Shown: positions 56,505 to 64,000 of the stretch, one piece after another | Position numbering within the stretch: position 1 is the first letter of the stretch | How the letters are laid out: every line of letters begins with the position of its first letter | From: an uncultured delta proteobacterium | GTDB lineage: Bacteria > Myxococcota > Myxococcia > Myxococcales > Myxococcaceae | Length of the DNA: 64,000 bases | Assembly (NCBI GenBank): GCA_963776345.1 | Contig: CAVZMH010000019.1 | Coordinates: 96,001 to 160,000 of the forward strand | Direction: 5' to 3' | Program-made: the position numbers and the translations under genes | The notes under the pieces: generated by a model | Seen by the model: only the letters and a program-made list of their open reading frames with translations | The model's database searches: none | What the model was told of the DNA's origin: nothing

Positions 56505-58976
56505 TTGACCATTCCCACGCCGAAGAAGCAGCCGATCCCCTTCGGACGGTACCTGCTGCTCGACCGGATCAACATCGGCGGCATGGCCGAGGTCTGGCGC
56601 GGCAAGGTCTTCGGCGCCGGCGGCTTCGAGCGCCTGGTGGCGATCAAGCGCATCCTCCCCAACATCGCGGAGGACGAAGAGTTCATCTCCATGTTCCAGG
56701 ACGAGGCGAAGATCAGCGTCCAGCTGACTCACGCCAACATTTGTCAGATCTACGAGCTGAACCGGCTCGGCCCCAGCCTCTACATCGCGATGGAGTACGT
56801 CCCGGGGAAGGACCTCCGCTCCATCTTCGAGCGGGCCCGGAAGAAGGGCGAGCCACCCCCGGTGCCGCTGGTCTGCTACGTCGTCGGCAAGCTCTGCGAG
56901 GGCCTGGACTACGCACATCGAAAGAAGGACCAGCACGGCCGCGACCTGAACGTGGTCCACCGCGACGTCTCGCCCCAGAACGTCCTCATCTCCTTCGAGG
57001 GGGAGGTGAAGGTCATCGACTTCGGCATCGCCAAGGCCGCGGGGAAGGTGACCAAGACCCAGGCCGGCATCCTCAAGGGCAAGTTCGGGTACATGAGCCC
57101 GGAGCAGATCCGCGGGCTCCCCCTCGACCGGCGGAGCGACGTGTTCGCCATCGGGGTCTGCCTCTACGAGCTGCTCACCGGGGAGCGCCTCTTCGTCGGC
57201 GAGAGCGACTTCCAGGTGCTGGAGAAGGTGCGCAAGGCCGAGGTGCTCCCGCCGTCCACGTACAACCGGAGGATCCCCGAGGCGCTGGAGCGCATCGTGC
57301 TCAAGGCACTGGCCAAGGACCCGCAGGACCGCTTCCAGTACGCGAGCGAGCTCGCGGATGACCTGCAACGCTTCCTCATCACCTCGGACAGCATCTTCAG
57401 CCGCAAGGACCTGATGCAGTACATGAAGTCCACCTTCGCCGAGGAGGTGGAGCGCGAGCGGGCCCGGTTGGCCGAGTACGCCGACGTCAAGGCCCCCGAG
57501 GGGATGCTCTCCGAGGGCGGCGGCGGCACCGTGCCGGTGCTCGCCCGCACCACCGGCCCCATCCTCGCCGCGGTTCCGACCCCGCCCTCCACGCCCGCGG
57601 TGGTCAAGAGCGCCTCGCTTCCCCGGCTCACCGCCGCCGCCCCGCAGGCGCAGTCCCCCCGCGACGACGAGGGCACGCTCCTGGTCGACGGGAGCGAGGT
57701 GCTCGCCTCGGTGGAGGCTTCACGGCCGCGCGTCCAGCCCATCGTCGGCGCGGAGCCCGAGACCGACCCCGAGCGCGCTGGCAGCGTCGCCGCGCCCGAG
57801 CCCGAGCCCGGCGATGATGCCCCCGTCTCCCCGGTCGACGAGACCATCGTCCGCCTCCGTCCCGGCGCGCCCACCCCTCCGGCCGCGGAGCTCGTGGCGA
57901 TGACCGTGCCCCCCCCGCTACCCCCGAGGCCGCAGCCCGCTCCCGCCGCCGTGGCCCCGAGCCCTGCGCCGGGGTCGCCCACCCCGCCGCCGGCCGTGCC
58001 CGGAACGGCGCCGGTGCCCACCTCGCCCAGCGGACCCGTCCCCGCCCTCGAGGCGCCGCTGGACGCGCCCGTGGCCGACGCCGCCCTGCCTCCGCCCGTC
58101 GAGGCGCAGGACGGGCAGCCCGCTGCGGAACCGGCGGCGCTCTCCGCCGGCGAGCTCGAGGTCGCGGACCGGGCCGCCGCCCTGGAAGCGGGGCGCTCGA
58201 GGCGGCGGATGTGGCCCTGGGCCTTGGGCGCCGTCGCCGCGCTCGGGCTCGGCAGCGCCGCCATCCTGCGGGTCCGCGAGCCTGCCACCGGCCGGGTGGT
58301 GCTGGACGTGAGCCCGCCCGAGGCCCGCGGCCGCGTCCGGCTCACCGTCGGGGGCGCCGACCTCGGGGTGCCAACGCACTGGCCGGTGGTGCATTCCGTC
58401 CCCTCGGGCAAGGTGGAGGTCCTCGCCTCGGCGGACGGGTTCAAGCCGGCCCTGGTGGAAGCGAGCGTCGGGCGGGGCAACGCCGCGACCCCGGTGCTGG
58501 TCTCGCTCCAGCGCGCGGCCACGGTGGCTCGCTTCACCGTGCTTCCCGAGCCGGACGACGCCGAGGTACGGCTCGACGGCCAGGTGGTGAAGCGCTCGGG
58601 CTCGCACGGCCTGTACGTCGGCGAGCTGGCGCCCGGCGCGGCGCACACGGTGCAAATCAAGCGGGCCGGCTACAAGCCGTTGGAGGCGCAGGTGAGCGCG
58701 CGGAGCGCGGAGGAGCCGGTGGAGCTGCGCACCGCGCTCGAGCCGCTGGAGTTCCCGCTGCTGGTCACCTCGGCGCCGTCCGGCGCGGTGGTGTTCAGCG
58801 GCGAGCGGCTGCTCGGGGTCACGCCGCTCTCCGTCCGGGTGCCGGCCACTGCCTCGGCGCTCACCTTTCGCAAGCGCTGCTTCGAGACGGCCCAGGTGCC
58901 GCTCCGCCTGCCCGAGCAGCCAGGGTCGCGCGTCCCGGTCCGGGCGGCGCTGCGCAAGGTGCCCGGCTGCCGTTAG
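56505..58976 (+). CDS. Membrane Ser/Thr protein kinase with PEGA-like domains
   Basis: GGMAEVW, VAIKRI, HRDVSPQN, DFG, YMSPE; Pro-rich linker, TM, PEGA-like repeats; start uncertain (TTG). Confidence 0.93.
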   Translation: MTIPTPKKQPIPFGRYLLLDRINIGGMAEVWRGKVFGAGGFERLVAIKRILPNIAEDEEFISMFQDEAKISVQLTHANICQIYELNRLGPSLYIAMEYVPGKDLRSIFERARKKGEPPPVPLVCYVVGKLCEGLDYAHRKKDQHGRDLNVVHRDVSPQNVLISFEGEVKVIDFGIAKAAGKVTKTQAGILKGKFGYMSPEQIRGLPLDRRSDVFAIGVCLYELLTGERLFVGESDFQVLEKVRKAEVLPPSTYNRRIPEALERIVLKALAKDPQDRFQYASELADDLQRFLITSDSIFSRKDLMQYMKSTFAEEVERERARLAEYADVKAPEGMLSEGGGGTVPVLARTTGPILAAVPTPPSTPAVVKSASLPRLTAAAPQAQSPRDDEGTLLVDGSEVLASVEASRPRVQPIVGAEPETDPERAGSVAAPEPEPGDDAPVSPVDETIVRLRPGAPTPPAAELVAMTVPPPLPPRPQPAPAAVAPSPAPGSPTPPPAVPGTAPVPTSPSGPVPALEAPLDAPVADAALPPPVEAQDGQPAAEPAALSAGELEVADRAAALEAGRSRRRMWPWALGAVAALGLGSAAILRVREPATGRVVLDVSPPEARGRVRLTVGGADLGVPTHWPVVHSVPSGKVEVLASADGFKPALVEASVGRGNAATPVLVSLQRAATVARFTVLPEPDDAEVRLDGQVVKRSGSHGLYVGELAPGAAHTVQIKRAGYKPLEAQVSARSAEEPVELRTALEPLEFPLLVTSAPSGAVVFSGERLLGVTPLSVRVPATASALTFRKRCFETAQVPLRLPEQPGSRVPVRAALRKVPGCR

Positions 58977-59043
58977 GTCAGGGCCGCGGCGTTCGGTAGG
59001 TCGGGAGCCCCGGCGTCGGGTAGGTCGGGGCCGCGGCATCCGT
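58974..59043. repeat. Three degenerate 23-24 bp tandem repeats
   Basis: TAGGTCAGGGCCGCGGCGTTCGG / TAGGTCGGGAGCCCCGGCGTCGGG / TAGGTCGGGGCCGCGGCATCCGT. Confidence 0.8.
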
Positions 59044-59060
59044 TAGAGTCCCTCGCCCCC

Positions 59061-60806
59061 ATGCCACCTCGCTCCCGCAAGGCCAGCGACCCGCTGGCCG
59101 ACCTGCCGCCCTGGGCGCAGAAGCTGGCCCAGGCCTACTACACGAAGACGGTCAGCACCTTCCTGCTCCACGGCGCGGTGCGCGACCTGCAGCCCCTCGG
59201 GCCCGCGGACGACCGCTCCTATGGCCCGCTGAAGCAGTTCCTCACCGAGGAGTTGTTCGGCGGCCGGAGCCACGTCCTGCACTACGACCGCTCGAGCGGC
59301 ATCCGCGCCGCCACCCCGGACTCGCAGAAGGACTTCACCCGGACTCTCACCGCCTACGACACGCTCTACGGGACGGACTACGCCAAGGTGCTCCCGCGCG
59401 ACCCGGGCCGGGCGCTGCAGATCCTCGAGAACTACCTCCGGATGCGCCTGTCCGACGGGCAGTCGCTGGCTCTGATCATCGACTTCGCCGAGACGCTGGC
59501 CCCGGGCGGGGAGATGGGCAGCCTCTCGGCGGAGGACCGGTTCGTCCTGGCCACCCTGGTGAAGTGGGCCTCCGACCCCCAGTTCCTCGCCGGTGACCTG
59601 TCCGTCGTGCTCCTGGTGGAGAACCTGGCGGAGATCTCCGGGCGGCTCTCGCGCAACCCGTACGTCGCCAGCATCGAGCTGCCGCTGCCCACCGAGGAGG
59701 AGCGGCTCGACTTCGTGCGGGTGAAGCTCGACGGGAAGAGGCTGGCCTCGATCTCCGAGATCCCCGCCCCGGCGCTGGCCAAGATGAGCGCCGGCCTGTC
59801 GCGCATCAACCTGGACCGCATCCTCACCGAGGCGGTGGAGCGCGAGGTGCGCATCACCCCCGAGCTGCTGAAGGAGAAGAAGAAGGAGGTCATCCAGGCG
59901 GAGTGCCACGGCCTCCTGGAGTTCATCGAGCCCGCGCACACCCTGGACTCGGTCGCCGGGCACGCCCGGGCCAAGGAGATGCTCCGGCAGGCCGCGGCGG
60001 CGCTGAGGAAGGGCCGGATCGAGGTGCTCCCCATGGGGTACCTGGTGTCCGGGCCGGTGGGCACCGGCAAGACGTTCCTCGCCACCTGCTTCGCCGGGGA
60101 GATCGGCATCCCCTGCGTGAAGTTCCTCAACTTCCGCAGCCAGTGGCAGGGCGTCACCGAGGCCAACCTCGAGAAGATCTTCAACCTCCTCAAGGCGCTG
60201 TGGCCGGTGGCGGTGATGGTGGACGAGGCGGACGCCTTCCTCGGCAACCGCGAGGCCTCGGGCGACTCCGGGACCTCCAGCCGGGTGTTCGCCTCCATCG
60301 CCTCCTTCATGGGCAACACCGAGTACCGGGGGAAGATCGTCTGGTTCCTCCTCACCGCGAGGCCGGATCTCTTGCCCGTCGACCTCAAGCGGCAGGGCCG
60401 GGCGGAGGAGCACCTGGCGCTCTTCTATCCGCAGAACGACACCGAGCGGGACGAGCTCGCCCGGGTGGTGGCGAGGAAGGTGAAGGTGGGCGTGCAGCTG
60501 CCGTCCTTCGCCGCGCTCCTCCCGGGCGGAACGCAGATGTCGGGGGCGGACATCGAGGCGGTGCTGGTGCGCTCCAAGTTCCGGGCGCTGGCCCACGGCC
60601 GCGAGGAGCCCACCGAGGACGACGTGCGGGCGGTGGTGGCGGACTTCGTCCCGCCCTCGTACCCGCTGGAGATCGAGCTGCAGAACCTGGCCGCGGTGCA
60701 GGAGTGCACCAGCCGGGAGCTCCTGCCCGAGGCGTACCGGACGATGGAGCGGGACACCATCACCCGGCGGATCCGGGAGCTGAAGATGCTCCTCGAGGAG
60801 CGCTGA
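59061..60806 (+). CDS. Tandem AAA+ ATPase (degenerate N-terminal domain, intact C-terminal domain)
   Basis: D2 GPVGTGKT, SQWQGVTEAN, VMVDEAD, LKRQGR; D1 FLLHGAVRD, LIIDFAE. Confidence 0.9.
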   Translation: MPPRSRKASDPLADLPPWAQKLAQAYYTKTVSTFLLHGAVRDLQPLGPADDRSYGPLKQFLTEELFGGRSHVLHYDRSSGIRAATPDSQKDFTRTLTAYDTLYGTDYAKVLPRDPGRALQILENYLRMRLSDGQSLALIIDFAETLAPGGEMGSLSAEDRFVLATLVKWASDPQFLAGDLSVVLLVENLAEISGRLSRNPYVASIELPLPTEEERLDFVRVKLDGKRLASISEIPAPALAKMSAGLSRINLDRILTEAVEREVRITPELLKEKKKEVIQAECHGLLEFIEPAHTLDSVAGHARAKEMLRQAAAALRKGRIEVLPMGYLVSGPVGTGKTFLATCFAGEIGIPCVKFLNFRSQWQGVTEANLEKIFNLLKALWPVAVMVDEADAFLGNREASGDSGTSSRVFASIASFMGNTEYRGKIVWFLLTARPDLLPVDLKRQGRAEEHLALFYPQNDTERDELARVVARKVKVGVQLPSFAALLPGGTQMSGADIEAVLVRSKFRALAHGREEPTEDDVRAVVADFVPPSYPLEIELQNLAAVQECTSRELLPEAYRTMERDTITRRIRELKMLLEER

Positions 60807-60863
60807 GCCCTCGAGGGGCCGTTCAGCGCAGCCCCGTCTCGGCGTCGCTCGGCCGACGTCCGC

Positions 60864-63608
60864 TCACCCGCCGGTCGCCGCCCTCGTCGGGCGCGCGGGA
60901 CGGAAGAACCGCTCCAGCTCCGGCACCTCGCGCGCGCGCTGGTCGATGCAGAGGTCGAGCTTCTCCAGGGCGAGCGAGAAGTCGCGTGGTCCCCCGAGCA
61001 CGCTCCTGACCCGGGGCCCGAACACCCGCTCGTCCTCGACCCGCTCGCCGGGGCTGCACGACTCGCTGGCCACGGCGAAGAACCGATGCATGCCGCCCCG
61101 GGACGTCAGCGCGACCAGGGTGTCCCACCACCGGTCGACGCCCGCGAGGATGCGGGCCCGCGCGGGATCGGTGTCCAGCGGGCCGTAGCTCTGTCTTCGC
61201 TTCTCGCCGGTGATCACCAACGCCATCTCGCGTGGGTTCAGCCTCCCCGAGATGGCCAGGGCCACGTTCTCGTCGAGGAGCTCGGGGACGCGGGTGCTGG
61301 AGATGCCGCCCAGGAGCCATTCCCGGGTGCGCTGGTTCGCGGTCTGGTCCAGCCGCTGGACCAGCGCCTGGTGCAGGTCGCGCCCGCCGAAGCGCCCCGC
61401 GGTCCGCAGCGCGGAGGCGATGGTCTCGGCGTCCACCGGCCCGCCCCGCGACAGCCACTCCTCGGCGAGGCTCCGGGCCTCGGCGACGAGCTGCGGGTCC
61501 TCGCCTCGCCGGGCAACGAACTCCGCCAGGGCCGGCCGGGCGAGCTTCACCTCGTCGTCCTCGGCCGGCTTCTCGCGGAAGCCGAGCGCCCTGGCGTGGG
61601 GCCCGAACGTCCGCCGCACCCACCTGGCGTAGGCGGGCCCCGGTCGGCCAGAGAGGAAGTCTTCCCGGACGGTGGCCAGCTTGACCGCCGCCTCCAAGAT
61701 CTGGTGTTCGCGGGCCCCGGCCCGCCGGGCGGCGAGCTGCAGCCCCTCGGCGCGGGACACCGCCCCGCCCTCGACCAGCGCCCGGGTGTCGTCGAGCAGC
61801 CCGACCCACTCCGCCGCGTCCAGCCGGCCCGCGCGGACCAGCCGCGCCGTCCACGCCGGATCGAGCTGCAGGCGGTAGTAGCCCGCATAGCCGGCGTTGG
61901 GGAGCACCCAGTCCGGACAGGACTGCTCCTCGAGCGTCAGCTCCGCCGTGGGAGCGTCGAGGAGCGTGCAGCGCGTCTGCTCCCGCCCCCTCGTGCTCCA
62001 GCGGGCGCAGACGGGGATCTGCCAGAGCCCGGTGCGCTCCCCGGTCGAGCCGGCGGGCAGCCAGCGGTCCTGGGAGAGCTGCAGCACCGCCCCCTTGCCG
62101 CCGCAGCGGACGCCGGCCCGGACCCGAGGGACGCCGGGCCGGTCGAGGAAGGTGTTGAACGCCGGTGCGACGTCATGGCCCGCGCTCTCCGAGATGGCGC
62201 GGAGGAAGTCTCGGGCGGTGGCGTTGCCGTCGGCGTGGGCTTGGAGGTAGCGCTGGATGCCGCGGCGGAAGACCTCCTCGCCCACCCACCGCTCGAACAT
62301 CCGCAGCACGGACGCGCCCTTCTCGTAGGTGATGGCGTCGAAGGCGTTCCTCACGTCGTCGTAGCTCTGGACGGGCTGGCGGATGATGCGCGCGCTCACC
62401 AGGGCGTCCGCGTCGGCCGCCTTGTTCCGCTGCGCGACCCGGTCGGCGGGCGTGCCCCACGAGGGCGCCCACCGCTCGATGATCTTCGTCTCCATCCAGG
62501 TGGCGAAGGCCTCGTTCAGCCAGATGTCGTCCCACCACGCGGCGGTGACCAGGTCCCCGAACCACTGGTGCGCGAACTCGTGCGCCGCCACCTCGGCGTA
62601 CTCCCGCCGCCGCTTCACCCCGTCCTGCTCGGGCCGGGCGAGCACCAGCTCCTCGCGGAAGGTGACCAGCCCCACGTTCTCCATCGCCCCGAACTGGACG
62701 GTGAAGGGGATGGCCAGCACGTCGAGCTTCTCGTACGGGTAGGCCATGCCGAAGTAGTCCTCGAGGCCCTCGAGGATCTCCGGGCTCACCCGGGCGGCCC
62801 ACGCGGCCTCGAACGCCCGCCCTCGCGGGGCGATGATCCGGACCGGCACCCGCTTCGTGCCGGCGGCCCGGGCCTCCTTCATCTCGAACGGGCCCACCGC
62901 GAAGGCCACCAGATACGAGGGCAGGGGACGCGTCGGCCGGAACCGCACCTCCTTGAACCCCCCGGCGGCCGGCGTCTCGGTGGCCACCGGGGTGTTGGAC
63001 ACGGCGGTCAGCCCCGCCGGCACGCGCAGCGTCACCTCCCAGGGAATCTTCGCCGTGGGCTCGTCGACGCAAGGGAAGGCCCGCCGGGCCTGGGTCTCCT
63101 CGAACTGGGTGAAGACGTACCAGTCGCCTCCGCTCTGCTGGCGGAAGATGCCGGTGTCCTCGCGGGTGAACTGGGTGCCCCTGAACTCGAGGAGCAAGTT
63201 CACGGGCCCGGCCGGCAGCGGTCGCGGGAAGCGCAGCGCTACCCGCTCGTCCTTGCGCACCACCGGCTCGGCCCGGACCTCCGCGCCGCCGACGCGGGCC
63301 ACGGCCGACGTCACCTGCATCACGTCCGCGTTGAGCCACACCACGTCGCTTGCCGAGTCCAGCGTCCCGTCGATCTCCGTCCGGCCGGTGAACTCGGGCG
63401 AGGAGGGGACGATCTGCAAGAGCACCCGCTGCCCGGCGGGCCGGAAGGTCCTCGGAAGCCGGATGCCCTCGGGGGCGACCAGCTCGGGTGGGGGCGGAGC
63501 CGCGGGCGCCGTGGGAGCCGGAGCGGGCGCGCGCGCTGCCGCCGGTCGGTCGGCCGCACAGGCGGACAGCACGAGGAAGGGGACGAGGAGGGCGAGCCGC
63601 AAGGTCAT
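60864..63608 (-). CDS. M1 family aminopeptidase, lipoprotein
   Basis: Lipobox LSAC; TQFE..ARRAFPC.DEP, GAMEN, HEFAH..WLNE, YEKG. Confidence 0.94.
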   Translation of the reverse strand: MTLRLALLVPFLVLSACAADRPAAARAPAPAPTAPAAPPPPELVAPEGIRLPRTFRPAGQRVLLQIVPSSPEFTGRTEIDGTLDSASDVVWLNADVMQVTSAVARVGGAEVRAEPVVRKDERVALRFPRPLPAGPVNLLLEFRGTQFTREDTGIFRQQSGGDWYVFTQFEETQARRAFPCVDEPTAKIPWEVTLRVPAGLTAVSNTPVATETPAAGGFKEVRFRPTRPLPSYLVAFAVGPFEMKEARAAGTKRVPVRIIAPRGRAFEAAWAARVSPEILEGLEDYFGMAYPYEKLDVLAIPFTVQFGAMENVGLVTFREELVLARPEQDGVKRRREYAEVAAHEFAHQWFGDLVTAAWWDDIWLNEAFATWMETKIIERWAPSWGTPADRVAQRNKAADADALVSARIIRQPVQSYDDVRNAFDAITYEKGASVLRMFERWVGEEVFRRGIQRYLQAHADGNATARDFLRAISESAGHDVAPAFNTFLDRPGVPRVRAGVRCGGKGAVLQLSQDRWLPAGSTGERTGLWQIPVCARWSTRGREQTRCTLLDAPTAELTLEEQSCPDWVLPNAGYAGYYRLQLDPAWTARLVRAGRLDAAEWVGLLDDTRALVEGGAVSRAEGLQLAARRAGAREHQILEAAVKLATVREDFLSGRPGPAYARWVRRTFGPHARALGFREKPAEDDEVKLARPALAEFVARRGEDPQLVAEARSLAEEWLSRGGPVDAETIASALRTAGRFGGRDLHQALVQRLDQTANQRTREWLLGGISSTRVPELLDENVALAISGRLNPREMALVITGEKRRQSYGPLDTDPARARILAGVDRWWDTLVALTSRGGMHRFFAVASESCSPGERVEDERVFGPRVRSVLGGPRDFSLALEKLDLCIDQRAREVPELERFFRPARPTRAATGG

Positions 63609-63661
63609 GGAGGGCGCGCACTGTGGCACGACCCGCCCGGCCTGCGAACGGCGGCGCGCCG

Positions 63662-64000
63662 TCAGTCGGCGGGGCCGCCCACCCGGAGGTTCAACCCCGG
63701 ACGGAGCGAGCGGGCGTGCCGGATGCGGTTCCAGCGCTTCAGGTCGTCCACGCTGACGCCATACTGCTGGGCCACGCTCCACAGCGTCTCGCCCTCGGCG
63801 AGCTGGTGCATGCCCGGCTTGTCTCCGGGGGGCAGAGGTGTGGCGGCCACCGCCGGACGGACGGGCGCGACGGGATGCTCGGCCTCGGCCACCACCGCCG
63901 CGGGCCTCGCCTCGGCCGGAGCCGCCCCCGGCCCGGGCCACACCGTCAGCACCGCGCCGACCTGGAGCCCCTTGCGAGCCTTCCGCCCGAGCGAGTTCCA
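63662..64000 (-). CDS. LysM-repeat protein, C-terminal part only
   Basis: GETLWSVAQQYGVSVDDLKRWN; tail of another LysM (WNSL..LQVGAVLTV) at the window edge. Confidence 0.85.
   Translation of the reverse strand, partial: WNSLGRKARKGLQVGAVLTVWPGPGAAPAEARPAAVVAEAEHPVAPVRPAVAATPLPPGDKPGMHQLAEGETLWSVAQQYGVSVDDLKRWNRIRHARSLRPGLNLRVGGPAD

Noticed and set aside
58974..59043. Repeats as a mini-CRISPR
   Set aside because: No unique spacers, degenerate units, no cas genes

Overview
Very GC-rich, gene-dense chromosomal segment, most likely from a myxobacterium (CarF, AgmX-like GYF protein, PEGA Ser/Thr kinase, PilZ, ftp-like type III PKS). Left to right: an ftp-like FAAL-ACP-methyltransferase-type III PKS cluster at the end of a long minus-strand run; a cupin paired divergently with a membrane-anchored HTH/beta-propeller protein; tolQRAB, murI, carF, fdhD and a GNAT-MobA fusion; P450/SDR; an ABC exporter; an interrupted ftsE-ftsX-envC-ctpA block; a GT2 glycosyltransferase; ftsY; RNase P RNA; a small decayed insertion; RNase HI and a Zn-ribbon protein; a nucleoside-catabolism cluster with no deoB but a phosphohexomutase, an outer-membrane barrel behind a hairpin-rich leader, and PilZ/DksA-like genes; a PspA (ESCRT-III-like) + orphan solute-binding protein + TM-helical protein operon followed by a kinase and a tandem AAA+ ATPase; an M1 aminopeptidase; and a partial LysM protein. 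No transposase, integrase, tRNA, rRNA or CRISPR array was seen. The best candidates for an under-described system are the PspA/SBP/AAA+ module and the deoB-less nucleoside cluster. All calls rest on motif recognition by eye; no searches were run.
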